Notes: a model not told the origin generated them from the sequence alone. Shown: positions 1-8,587, counted from the first letter of the stretch. The stretch is DNA of 64,000 nt from Candidatus Micrarchaeota archaeon (GCA_023129075.1 JAGMCT010000002.1:67077-131076); one strand, 5' to 3'. Numbers and translations are program-made.

Positions 1-38
1 GTAAGTCCTTTACTTCCTGCATAAGGAGCATTATATTG

Positions 39-123
39 GAAAACCTTTTAAGCATTTATTGAGTAATTACCCCATGGCCAAATCCATAGTATTCAAACCA
101 AAAAAATCAAAGAACATCCTTCT
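39..123. repeat. Direct repeat copy A (~80 bp) spanning the promoter and first ~16 codons of the TPR gene; near-identical to 1649..1725
   Basis: 48-nt perfect identity (gaaaaccttttaagcatttattgagtaattaccccatggccaaatcca) plus a flanking near-identity, seen by eye at both sites. Confidence 0.8.
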
Positions 124-1618
124 TTCTTCCAAACCTAAAATTTTGGCCAAAAGAAAACCAGTTAGAAAATACAAAACAGCAGGGTCAAGGCGAATAGCAA
201 TAGAGCTGGAGGGACAACCCGAAAAAATAAAACAGTATACAAAGAAATGGAATGGATTGGTTGAAAAGATTGCTTCAATAGTTAAAGAGAATATAAAAGG
301 AGAGGTTTCCAGAAGAGAAAGAGAGCCAGCGTTCTTCCTTGAAGTGTGGGGGGTCTTTAAATCCAATTGCAAGTTAGCCCCCCCCAAAGGTCGTGATATT
401 CTCCTTTTATCAGATTCTTTGGATTCCAATAAATTTGATTGTGATACTTCTTCTTTTCTGATTTATGATGTTGCAAAGCATTTGGATATATACATGGAAA
501 TAGTCATTGGTAAGCATAGGCATCTAAGTGAAAATGACCATGTAGTTGTAAAAACAATCAATTTGTTTTTTGAAACAACTAATGGAAATATTTTTAGTCT
601 ATGGGAGTTGGAGAAGAGATATCCAATAAGGAATATACTCAGAACCGATGATGAAATACAATCAATCTCCTACAGAACCAGAGGTATTTTGCATTTTGAA
701 AAAGGAGACTACGACAAGGCAATAGCAGACTACACCAAATCCCTGGAACTCAATTCAAAAAATAGCGGAACTTACAATAACCTAGGTGTTGCTTACTCAA
801 GGAAGGGAAACCACCGCAAAGCAATGGTGAATTTCAACAAGGCAATAAAATTCGACCCAAGAGATGCCGATGTTTATTACAATAAAGCTGGAACTTACTC
901 AGATATAGGTGAATATGACAAAGCGATAGCAGACTACAACATATCCCTGAAGCTCAACCAAAAAATAAGAGGCGCCCATCTTAACAGAACGAAAATAGCA
1001 GAGATTTATCTTGGCATGGGTGCTGCCCATCTTGGAAAAGGAGACTACGACAAGGCAATAGCAGACTACACCAAATCCCTGGAACTCAATTCAAAAAATA
1101 GCGGAACTTACAATAACTTAGGTGTTGCTTACTCAAGGAAGGGAAACCACCGCAAAGCAATGGCGAATTTCAACAAGGCAATAAAACTCGACCCAAGAGA
1201 TGCCAATGCTTATTTTAGCAGAGCTGGAATTTACTCAAATAGGGGGGAATATGACAAAGCAATAGCAGATTACACCAAGTCCCTGAAGCTCAACCCAGAA
1301 ATAGCAGGTATTTACCTTAATAGGGGTAACGCTTATTATGAAAAAGGAGACTATGACAAGGCAATAGCAGATTACACCAAATTGATAAAACTCAGACCAA
1401 CATACGCAGGAGTTTACACCAACAGGGCTCTTGCTTATTCAATGTCAGGAAAATACAAAAAAGCCATACAAGATTATACAAAAGCTATAGAACTAGGTTC
1501 AGAGAATGCATTTACTTTTCATAACCGTGGTGTTACGTACCAAAGAATAGGAGAGGATAAAAAAGCTGAGAAGGATTTCGAAAAAGCAAAAGAACTTGAG
1601 AAGAAAACCAAAAAATGA
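74..1618 (+). CDS. TPR-repeat protein with a non-TPR N-terminal domain that may be transglutaminase-like (Cys/His). The ATG at 74 is preferred over the track's TTG at 59
   Basis: About 8 canonical TPR units (GDYDKAIADYTKSLELN..., NLGVAYSRKGNHRKA...). The N-terminal ~190 aa has FDCDTSSFL...HRHL...NDHVVV, reminiscent of a transglutaminase-like core. There is an internal ~170-bp near-identical duplication (720-870 vs 1045-1200). Confidence 0.8.
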   Translation: MAKSIVFKPKKSKNILLSSKPKILAKRKPVRKYKTAGSRRIAIELEGQPEKIKQYTKKWNGLVEKIASIVKENIKGEVSRREREPAFFLEVWGVFKSNCKLAPPKGRDILLLSDSLDSNKFDCDTSSFLIYDVAKHLDIYMEIVIGKHRHLSENDHVVVKTINLFFETTNGNIFSLWELEKRYPIRNILRTDDEIQSISYRTRGILHFEKGDYDKAIADYTKSLELNSKNSGTYNNLGVAYSRKGNHRKAMVNFNKAIKFDPRDADVYYNKAGTYSDIGEYDKAIADYNISLKLNQKIRGAHLNRTKIAEIYLGMGAAHLGKGDYDKAIADYTKSLELNSKNSGTYNNLGVAYSRKGNHRKAMANFNKAIKLDPRDANAYFSRAGIYSNRGEYDKAIADYTKSLKLNPEIAGIYLNRGNAYYEKGDYDKAIADYTKLIKLRPTYAGVYTNRALAYSMSGKYKKAIQDYTKAIELGSENAFTFHNRGVTYQRIGEDKKAEKDFEKAKELEKKTKK

Positions 1619-1648
1619 TTTTTGAAGATGTTCTTTTCTAGAAACTCA

Positions 1649-1725
1649 GAAAACCTTTTAAGCATTTATTGAGTAATTACCCCATGGCCAAATCCAGGGT
1701 ATTCAAATCAAAAAAATCAAAGACG
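1649..1725. repeat. Direct repeat copy B, which duplicates the promoter and first 11 codons of the TPR gene (MAKSRVFKSKK... remnant, stop at 1747)
   Basis: Sequence identity with 39..123. The in-frame remnant ORF 1684..1749 encodes MAKSRVFKSKKSKTVIPNGKN*. Confidence 0.8.
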
Positions 1726-1735
1726 GTGATTCCAA

Positions 1736-1888
1736 ATGGGAAAAACTAAAAAGACTCTTGGTAAAATATCCCAAAACATAAAGAGGCAAATAGCGGAACT
1801 TGAGGCAAAGGCAAGACGCGACCCTTTAAAGAAAAACGTTGCTCTTCACGACGAACTCAAAAAACTGAAGAAGAAGCTCCAAGACTAA
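1736..1888 (+). CDS. Small basic/helical hypothetical protein (50 aa) lying downstream of the duplicated promoter copy; below the ORF-track size cutoff
   Basis: ATG 1736 to TAA 1886-1888, MGKTKKTLGKISQNIKRQIAELEAKARRDPLKKNVALHDELKKLKKKLQD. Codon usage is typical of the locus. No family recognised. Confidence 0.25.
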   Translation: MGKTKKTLGKISQNIKRQIAELEAKARRDPLKKNVALHDELKKLKKKLQD

Positions 1889-1988
1889 ACCGCCATCGGA
1901 GCGTTCTTTTAATAAAATGCAGAAAAAACATTCACGGAAAATATTAGAAGATTTTTAAACTCATCCACTCACTTATTAGCGTGATAAA

Positions 1989-3527
1989 ATGAATAATGTT
2001 TATGTCTGCGATACAAGCGTAATTATAGATGGAAGAATCCTTGACCTGATAAAAAAGGAAAAGCTTACAGGAAAGATATACATTACAAATGCAACAATCG
2101 CAGAATTGGAGCATCAGGCAAATGAGCACAAGGAAATCGGGTTTGCGGGGTTCAAAACCATAAAGCACCTGAGGGAGCTTTCTGCTGAATGTGATATAGA
2201 GATTCTGGTTGAAGGAGAACGGCCTAAAAAGCACCATATAGAATATGCAGGGAAAGGAGGAATGGACGCCCTTATAAGGGATTTTGCAAAGCAAATCGGA
2301 GGAACTCTTATTACAGGCGACAAGGTTCAGCACGAGGCAGCCGAAGCCGAAGGAATCCAAACAACATACCTTAGAGCAGTGGAAGAGATAAAGGAGCTTC
2401 TTTTTGAAAACTATTTTACTCCGGAAACAATGTCTATCCATCTAAAGGAGAACTGCAAACCGCTTGGAAAAAGAGGAATGCCAGGTAGGTTTGAACTGAC
2501 GGAGCTTGGAAAAAAACTCACAATAACAGAATTAAGAAAGATGGGAGAGGAGATAGTTGAGCATACTGAAAGAAATAAGGAATATTCATTTGAAATAGAA
2601 AAGGAGGGTGCAAGTGTAATACAAATGGGCCTTTACCGCATTGTGATCTCCAAAAGGCCGTTTTCAGATGGTTTTGAAATTACTGTTGTAAAACCAATAA
2701 CAAAATTAGGCCTGGATGATTATGAAATAAGCTCAAAACTCATGCAAAGACTAGAAGAGAAAGCAGAGGGAATCGTTGTGTGCGGTCCCCCAGGCTCTGG
2801 AAAATCAACTTTTGCAACTGCCCTTGCAGAATATTACCATTCAAAGAAAAAAATCGTAAAAACAATGGAGAATCCAAGAGACATGAGAGTGATTGATGAG
2901 ATAACCCAATACACAGCTCTTGAAGGAAGTTTTGAAAACACAAAGGACGTGCTTCTTTTGGTAAGGCCGGATTATACATTTTATGATGAGATGCGCCAGA
3001 CAAGGGATTTCAGTGTTTTTGTGGACATGAGGCTTTCAGGGGTTGGTTTGGTTGGTGTTGTGCACGGAAGCAGGGCCATAGATGCAATCCAGAGATTTAT
3101 AGGCAAGGTTGATTTGGGAGTAATCCCCCAGGTTATTGACACAGTAATTCTGATTGACGGCGGAAGGATAGCAAAGGTTTACGAGCTTGAGCACCTTGTA
3201 AAGGTCCCAAGCGGAATGACAGAAAAGGACCTTGCAAGGCCTGTTGTTGAAGTAAGGGAGTTTGAGACAGGGAAAGTGGAATTTGAGATGTATAAATTCG
3301 GGGAGGAAACAATTGTTCTTCCCCTAAAGGAAAAGACACATACAAGAAAAACAGGAATAGAAGGAGAGCTTTCAAGACTTTTAAGAGGCGAATTTCATAT
3401 TGAAAAAAGAAAAGGAAAATATGTTCTTTCTGTAAGCAGCAAAGATGCAAATTATTTATTCAGAAACAGAAAAAGGCTGAGAAGGATTGAAAACAGGTAC
3501 GGACCTATAGAGATAGAGGAATTTTGA
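1989..3527 (+). CDS. PIN-domain ATPase (PilT/PhoH-like, COG1855-type) with a C-terminal KH-like region
   Basis: N-terminal PIN (VCDTSVIIDGRI...), Walker A VVCGPPGSGKSTFA, and the archaeal PIN+ATPase+KH architecture. Confidence 0.7.
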   Translation: MNNVYVCDTSVIIDGRILDLIKKEKLTGKIYITNATIAELEHQANEHKEIGFAGFKTIKHLRELSAECDIEILVEGERPKKHHIEYAGKGGMDALIRDFAKQIGGTLITGDKVQHEAAEAEGIQTTYLRAVEEIKELLFENYFTPETMSIHLKENCKPLGKRGMPGRFELTELGKKLTITELRKMGEEIVEHTERNKEYSFEIEKEGASVIQMGLYRIVISKRPFSDGFEITVVKPITKLGLDDYEISSKLMQRLEEKAEGIVVCGPPGSGKSTFATALAEYYHSKKKIVKTMENPRDMRVIDEITQYTALEGSFENTKDVLLLVRPDYTFYDEMRQTRDFSVFVDMRLSGVGLVGVVHGSRAIDAIQRFIGKVDLGVIPQVIDTVILIDGGRIAKVYELEHLVKVPSGMTEKDLARPVVEVREFETGKVEFEMYKFGEETIVLPLKEKTHTRKTGIEGELSRLLRGEFHIEKRKGKYVLSVSSKDANYLFRNRKRLRRIENRYGPIEIEEF

Positions 3528-4120
3528 TGAAGAAGAAGATTGTCTCGCTGGAAAAGGATTATAATGGGGCGGTCACCAGGTTGGAAAAGGTTTTGAAGGA
3601 AGGAGGAGTTGCCGTTTACCCAACCGATACCCTTTATGGCATTGGAGGAAATGCACTTGATTCAAAGGTTGTGAAAAGGGTATTAGAGATAAAGAAAAGA
3701 CCTGTTGATGTTGCACTTTCAGTAATTCTTGGAAATCTTGCAATGGTTGGAGAATACTGCATTCTTGATGATTATGATAGGATGAAGCTTGTGCATTATT
3801 TTCCGGGTCCATACACACTTATTTTTGAGGCAAGGAAGGACATTCCGGTTGTAAGGAACAGGAGAATAGGGATAAGGGTTTCTGAACACGTGTTGCTAAG
3901 GAAAATGTCCTTTAAATTAAAGATGCCAATAGTTTCCACAAGTGCTAATTTTCATGGAGGCAAACCCCCTGTTTCTATTCAGGATATTCCTAAAGAGATT
4001 CTTTCCGATGTTGACCTTGTTGTTGACGGGGGGACTACGATGTATGGAGAGTGTTCTACTGTAATAGATATGATTAAGAGAAAAATTGTGAGGCAGGGTG
4101 CAGGAAAACCAATATTCTAA
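3524..4120 (+). CDS. tsaC: L-threonylcarbamoyladenylate synthase (YrdC/Sua5 family, single-domain TsaC type)
   Basis: YrdC signature VYPTDTLYGIG and ~200 aa length. The 4-nt start/stop overlap with the upstream gene indicates an operon. Confidence 0.8.
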   Translation: MMKKKIVSLEKDYNGAVTRLEKVLKEGGVAVYPTDTLYGIGGNALDSKVVKRVLEIKKRPVDVALSVILGNLAMVGEYCILDDYDRMKLVHYFPGPYTLIFEARKDIPVVRNRRIGIRVSEHVLLRKMSFKLKMPIVSTSANFHGGKPPVSIQDIPKEILSDVDLVVDGGTTMYGECSTVIDMIKRKIVRQGAGKPIF

Positions 4121-4170
4121 AAACCAATGACAACCATTTTAATTTCTATCCTTCCATTCTTTCTTATTCT

Positions 4171-4911
4171 TTGAAAATAAAAAAAGGTGAAAGTGTGACA
4201 GAAGATATATCAAATATACAGGAAGAAAAAGTAGGGGAAAGCCCTGAAGAGAAACCAGAAGAAAAGATTGAGGAAAAAGCCGAGGAAAACCTTGAAGAGA
4301 AATCGGAAGAGATATCAGTAGAACAACCAACGGAGGAAACATCAGTAGAAACAGAAGAAACACCAGAGGAAAAACCAGAAGAAAACCCTGAAGAAAAGAC
4401 AGAAGAAACACCAGCAGAGCCAGTAGAAACACCAACGGAGGAAACATCAGTAGAAACAGAAGGAACAGAAGGAACAGAAGGAACATCAGAAGAAAAAGCT
4501 GAGGAAACACCAGAAACACCAGAAGAAAAACCAGAGGAAAAAGCTGAGGAAACACCAGCAGAAACACCAGAAACATCAGAAGAAAAACCAGAAGAAAAAG
4601 CCGAGGAAACACCAGAAACATCAGAAGAAAAACCAGAAGAAAAGATTGAAGAAAAAGCCGAGGAAACACCAGAAACACAAGAAACACCAGAGGAAAAACC
4701 AGAAGAAAGAAAAGATTTTGGGGGCATCCCTTGTCCTGTTAGAGTTGGTGACGAAGTAGAGGTAACCATTGAAGCAGTTGGTGCCAAAGGAGACGGCATT
4801 GCTAAGAAAGATGGTTTCGTTATTTTTGTTGCAAATGCACAAAAGGACGAGAATGTAAAGGTAAAAATTACAGAATTAAAAAGAACATTTGCCTTAGGTC
4901 AAAAACTCTGA
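4171..4911 (+). CDS. TRAM-domain protein with a long N-terminal acidic E/P/K/T-rich tandem-repeat region
   Basis: C-terminal TRAM fold motif GDEVEVTIEAVGAKGDGIAKKDGFVIFVANAQKDENVKVKITELKRTFALG. The N-terminus has EEKPEEKAEETPET repeats encoded by tandem DNA repeats. Confidence 0.7.
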   Translation: MKIKKGESVTEDISNIQEEKVGESPEEKPEEKIEEKAEENLEEKSEEISVEQPTEETSVETEETPEEKPEENPEEKTEETPAEPVETPTEETSVETEGTEGTEGTSEEKAEETPETPEEKPEEKAEETPAETPETSEEKPEEKAEETPETSEEKPEEKIEEKAEETPETQETPEEKPEERKDFGGIPCPVRVGDEVEVTIEAVGAKGDGIAKKDGFVIFVANAQKDENVKVKITELKRTFALGQKL

Positions 4912-4968
4912 TTTTTCAGGGTTATCCTTTTATTTTTTTCTATTTTTATATTATTTTGAGATGATATA

Positions 4969-5520
4969 ATGGGTATGTTAATGGATCCATATGATGAATT
5001 GGATAAGATAAGAAGAAGAATGAAGAAACTTTTTGGCTCTGAACACGAAGTCGGAATTCTTACAGCACACAGAGGTTTTGTTGCTCCTTCCGTGGAGATA
5101 AGTAAGAAAGGAGGAAAACTGATTGTTACTGCAAGATTACCAAAAGTAAGCGGAAAAGATATTGACATAAAGGTTACAGATGATGAGATTGTGATAAGAG
5201 GGGAAGAAAAAAAGACAAAAGCAGGAAAGAGTAAAGGAAAAATTTATTCGGAAACAAAAGAATCCATGTTTTATACTGCGATGTCTCTTCCTGAAAAGGT
5301 AGACCCAAAAACAGCCAGAGCGGAATTTAAGAACGGAATTTTGACTGTAACAATGAAACCAAAAAAGAAAACATTGGTTATGAAAGAGACTCCAAAAAGA
5401 AAAACAAAGAAAACCACAAAAAAGAGAGCAAAGAAAACCACAAAAAAGAGAGCAAAGAAAACCACAAAAAAGAGAGCAAAGAAAACCACAAAAAAGAGAA
5501 AAACAAGAAAAAAGAGATAA
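4969..5520 (+). CDS. Small heat-shock protein (Hsp20/alpha-crystallin) with a C-terminal basic KKTTKKRA tandem-repeat tail
   Basis: ACD motifs (PSVEISKKGGKLIVTARLPKV, AEFKNGILTVTMPKK). The tail consists of 4x KKTTKKRAK. Confidence 0.75.
   Translation: MGMLMDPYDELDKIRRRMKKLFGSEHEVGILTAHRGFVAPSVEISKKGGKLIVTARLPKVSGKDIDIKVTDDEIVIRGEEKKTKAGKSKGKIYSETKESMFYTAMSLPEKVDPKTARAEFKNGILTVTMKPKKKTLVMKETPKRKTKKTTKKRAKKTTKKRAKKTTKKRAKKTTKKRKTRKKR
5411..5505. repeat. 27-bp coding tandem repeat (~3.5 units) encoding KKTTKKRAK inside the sHSP gene
   Basis: The unit aaaccacaaaaaagagagcaaagaaaa repeats with a 27-nt period. Confidence 0.85.
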
Positions 5521-6357
5521 TTAAAGCCATTTCAAATATTCTTTTTTCATTTTTTTTGCATCTATTTCAAGGGCAGGGGTTTCACAAATTATCCTGCCTC
5601 CATAACCGTTCTCAGCAAGCATTTTCATAAGAGGTTTATACGGCGGTTCATTGTTGCTTCCCAATACAAGATGATTCCTTTCTCCTTTTTCCGTATAATT
5701 AATCTCTGAAAAATGTGAATGAAAGTTTTTTGTAATGCCCGGAAGTTCCCTTTCCACATACTCAAAGAATTTCAAATAATCATCTTTTTTCCTGAATCTC
5801 CAGTCTTCTCTTGCATGCATATGTGCAAAATCAAAAACCGGTTTTACAAAATTAAGCTCCTGCGCCATTTCTATATTTTCTTTTAAACTGCCGAACTGAC
5901 TTTTTTTTCCTACTGTTTCAGCACCAAGGATTATTTTAAGCTTCTTTTTGTCCAATTTTTCTTTTATTTCCGCAAGCAGTTTCTTTGTTCTCTTTAAACA
6001 GATTTTTGAATCCTGTTTTTGGTAATACCCTGGATGGAAAACAGTTATTGTTGCCCCTGCAAGTGCGCTTGCCTTTGCAGAAAGATAAAGATTTCTTATG
6101 CTTGTTTCCTGTTTCTTTTTTTCTTTTGAGCAGAAATTTATCCAGTAGGGTGCATGAGAAGAAAGATGGACATTCATTTTCTTTGCCAGTTTTTTCACTT
6201 CCTTTGTTTTATCCTCCTTGAGCCATATCCCCATTCCGAATTCCATTTCCATTGCTTTGAATCCTAATTCATTACAACATTCCACCCCTTCAAGGATACC
6301 TCCTTTGCACTGAAGCGGAATCCCTGCAGGTCCGAAAAATACCTTTTGTTTTTTCAT
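5521..6357 (-). CDS. nfo: Endonuclease IV (AP endonuclease family 2, TIM barrel)
   Basis: HAPYWINF (Nfo HxPYLINL), FHPGYY (Nfo FHPGSH), and metal-ligand-like FDFAHMHA. Length 278 aa. Confidence 0.7.
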   Translation of the reverse strand: MKKQKVFFGPAGIPLQCKGGILEGVECCNELGFKAMEMEFGMGIWLKEDKTKEVKKLAKKMNVHLSSHAPYWINFCSKEKKKQETSIRNLYLSAKASALAGATITVFHPGYYQKQDSKICLKRTKKLLAEIKEKLDKKKLKIILGAETVGKKSQFGSLKENIEMAQELNFVKPVFDFAHMHAREDWRFRKKDDYLKFFEYVERELPGITKNFHSHFSEINYTEKGERNHLVLGSNNEPPYKPLMKMLAENGYGGRIICETPALEIDAKKMKKEYLKWL

Positions 6358-6392
6358 ATATCAAATAAAAGAAGACAGAATAATTAAAAGAT

Positions 6393-6464
6393 TGAGCCCG
6401 GGAGGAATCGAACCCCCTATCTATACCATGTCAAGGTAGTGTCTTACCGGTCGACTACGGGCTC
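6393..6464 (-). tRNA. tRNA-Val (anticodon GAC)
   Basis: Reverse complement GAGCCCGTAGTCGACCGGTAAGACACTACCTTGACATGGTATAGATAGGGGGTTCGATTCCTCCCGGGCTCA. The acceptor stem is 7 bp, the T-arm is GGGGG-TTCGATT-CCTCC, and the anticodon loop is UUGACAU. Confidence 0.75.
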
Positions 6465-6522
6465 TGGATTTCTAATCTTTATACATAGGTTTTTTATTCT
6501 CTGCGGTATTTTCTTGCCCCCT

Positions 6523-7914
6523 CTAATTTTTCCAGAATTTAAACAGCATATAAGAGATAAAGAGAAAACTCATCCATAACCCAATTATGGTGCTTACCGG
6601 CCCCTGCTGTATAAATGGAAGATATACAAGGGCAGACACAACCGATAGCACCCTCTCAGTCCTTGTAATCCTTGGATAGTAATGCATCTTTATTTTCAGT
6701 GCAGATTTTAACCCGGAATACAATCTTGGGAATAAAAGTGAAAAGTTTAGAAGGTATGCAAGAAAGGACCTTGTTAGCGACTTTGAAAAGATATAAGAAA
6801 GTAAAACCAAGAATGTTATGTGCTGTATAAAATAAAGCAGAGCGGCAACCATACCTACTTGGTATCCCTGCACCAATATACTTAGTATAACTAGTGCAAA
6901 CAGCAATTGGACAACAGAAAGATAATGCAGACCGTACATTACCGTTCCCATAAGTATATTTTCAAATACCCCAAATAGCGGAAATCTCCGCATATATATA
7001 GGGATTAGTTCCGTGATACCATACATATATCTGCTGTGGCTTTTTGTGAATTCACTGAATCTTTCATAAGGCTTTCCTTTTGCATAGCTAATCTGCATAT
7101 GCAGACCTATTTTCTCTCTTAGCCGTAACCTAAAAGATGAAGAAACATCTTCTATGAGAGCCCTTGGAAAACCACCTATGGCTTTTAGGTCCTTTATTCT
7201 TAGAATACCGCACGAACCGCTGAATAAGGAAATACCATACCTTGTATTCACAGGTTGGACCAAATTGAAAAAGCCAGTATCTGTAATTGTTGCAGCATCC
7301 TGGAATAGGTCCCCCTTCCGAAAACCTTTATCTGTTTGGATGAATGCAACCTTTTCATTTTCAAAGTGCCCCATAGTATCCATAAGAAAATTGAAGTTTG
7401 TAACCTTTTCATCAGCATCAAATATTGCCAGGTATTCTTCTTTCGCAGTCTTTAGGAATTCATTTATTGCTCCGCCTTTGAAGCCTTCCCTGTTATTTCT
7501 TGTAAAATATCCAATTCCATTTTTTTTGCAGAATTCCTTCAGCACCTTATTTTTACCGTCATCTAACAAATAGATGTTCATCTCTCCGGGGTATTCTATC
7601 TTTTTTATTGATTCCAGGGTTTCCTTTACGATTTCAGGGTTCACCTTGTAGGTTGGTACAACAACAGCAACAGGTGAAAATTTTGTCGGCGGTTTTGGTT
7701 TCAGCTGATTCCTTCCGCATTCCCAGGAATAGATGCCCCCTATGACTGTGAAAAAGCTAGTTCCAATCATCAACAAAAAGAATACTATTGCATGCACCAG
7801 CTCAAACCAGCTCTGTTGCATAATGGAATAAACTATCCACCAGCCTGAAAAACCCACAGCAATAATGGTTATTATGGCAATAAAACTCAAGAGCAAGATA
7901 TTGTCAAATCTCAT
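6523..7914 (-). CDS. Membrane-embedded family-2 glycosyltransferase (cellulose/chitin-synthase-like processive GT2)
   Basis: GT2 core VAVVVPTYKVN...YLLDDGKN...AIFDADE (DxD), with multiple N- and C-terminal TM helices. Confidence 0.75.
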   Translation of the reverse strand: MRFDNILLLSFIAIITIIAVGFSGWWIVYSIMQQSWFELVHAIVFFLLMIGTSFFTVIGGIYSWECGRNQLKPKPPTKFSPVAVVVPTYKVNPEIVKETLESIKKIEYPGEMNIYLLDDGKNKVLKEFCKKNGIGYFTRNNREGFKGGAINEFLKTAKEEYLAIFDADEKVTNFNFLMDTMGHFENEKVAFIQTDKGFRKGDLFQDAATITDTGFFNLVQPVNTRYGISLFSGSCGILRIKDLKAIGGFPRALIEDVSSSFRLRLREKIGLHMQISYAKGKPYERFSEFTKSHSRYMYGITELIPIYMRRFPLFGVFENILMGTVMYGLHYLSVVQLLFALVILSILVQGYQVGMVAALLYFIQHITFLVLLSYIFSKSLTRSFLAYLLNFSLLFPRLYSGLKSALKIKMHYYPRITRTERVLSVVSALVYLPFIQQGPVSTIIGLWMSFLFISYMLFKFWKN

Positions 7915-7939
7915 GTTTTCTCCTTCTTTGAAAATGGAT

Positions 7940-8040
7940 GGGCCTGTGGAGATTTGAACTCCAGACCTTCGGCTGTCTTAGACCTATATTAGAGGAGGCC
8001 ATATAAGACCGGCGCTCTAACCAGCCTGAGCTACAGGCCC
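7940..8040 (-). tRNA. Intron-containing tRNA of Ile/Met type whose deduced spliced anticodon is UAU (tRNA-Ile(UAU)). The 27-nt intron lies at the canonical 37/38 position
   Basis: Reverse complement GGGCCTGTAGCTCAGGCTGGTTAGAGCGCCGGTCTTATA[TGGCCTCCTCTAATATAGGTCTAAGAC]AGCCGAAGGTCTGGAGTTCAAATCTCCACAGGCCCA. Acceptor and T arms are perfect. The anticodon stem is CCGGU/GCCGA with one C.A mismatch. The D-arm is near-identical to the CAU tRNA at 42251. Confidence 0.6.
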
Positions 8041-8175
8041 ATTATGGAATTTTATAAGCATGTGATGATTTAAAAAGCATTCGTCTTTTCCAACAGTCCA
8101 AGTTTTAGAAGAAGAAATCTGCACATTCTCCTTTTTTCCGATAGTTTTTTTAATTCCACGCAGTTATATTCTATT

Positions 8176-8583
8176 ATGGCATTCAATTTCAAGGCTTTCA
8201 CAAAAAAAGTCCTTTCTTTGTTAAAAGGAAAAATCAGTCCAGATGAGATTACCATACTTTCACATCTTTTTAATAAGACAAGCAAAAAGAACCGCATCCT
8301 TGCAACAGGAATTCTTTCTGTCTTGAAGGTTGGCGGTGCAACAAAAGACGATATCATGAAGTTTTCCACTATTCTTGATGAGGCAAACAATAGAATAATG
8401 CAGGAGAAGCTTCCGTTCACTAAGAAAGCTGAAAAAGAACTTGCAAAGATTTTCTCAAAAACAAAATTTCCTCAGAAGGCAAGGCGCACGTTCAAGCACG
8501 ACCTTGATATACCTCTTACCTCAGCAATAAACGAAAACATCCGAAGAAAAAAGAGAGTACCACGGAAAAAATTTTCCAAGTGA
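8176..8583 (+). CDS. Hypothetical protein (135 aa) with a basic C-terminus, immediately upstream of the LAGLIDADG gene
   Basis: Coding-like purine-rich composition. The overlapping minus-strand ORF 8070..8420 looks like an antisense artefact. Confidence 0.45.
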   Translation: MAFNFKAFTKKVLSLLKGKISPDEITILSHLFNKTSKKNRILATGILSVLKVGGATKDDIMKFSTILDEANNRIMQEKLPFTKKAEKELAKIFSKTKFPQKARRTFKHDLDIPLTSAINENIRRKKRVPRKKFSK

Positions 8584-8587
8584 GTCC

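Noticed and set aside
4139-4799. Two long minus-strand ORFs (182 and 211 aa, F/L/S-rich) overlapping the TRAM gene
   Set aside because: They are antisense and frame-shifted read-through of the GAA/AAA-rich acidic tandem repeat. They have low-complexity composition. The plus-strand gene has the recognisable TRAM domain.
4230-5505. Tandem DNA repeats that could be mistaken for a CRISPR array
   Set aside because: The units are contiguous with no unique spacers, and are in frame within protein-coding genes (acidic and basic tails). No CRISPR array or cas gene was seen anywhere in the window.
8041-8175. Possible C/D-box sRNA (GTGATGA C-box at ~8063) in the tRNA-Ile/8176 spacer
   Set aside because: No CUGA D-box or C'/D' elements were found at appropriate spacing downstream. 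It is more likely part of the promoter region of the minus-strand tRNA.
8070-8420. 116-aa minus-strand ORF overlapping the 8176-8583 gene
   Set aside because: It has hydrophobic, low-complexity antisense-type composition. The plus-strand ORF has locus-typical purine-rich codon usage and a proper intergenic context.
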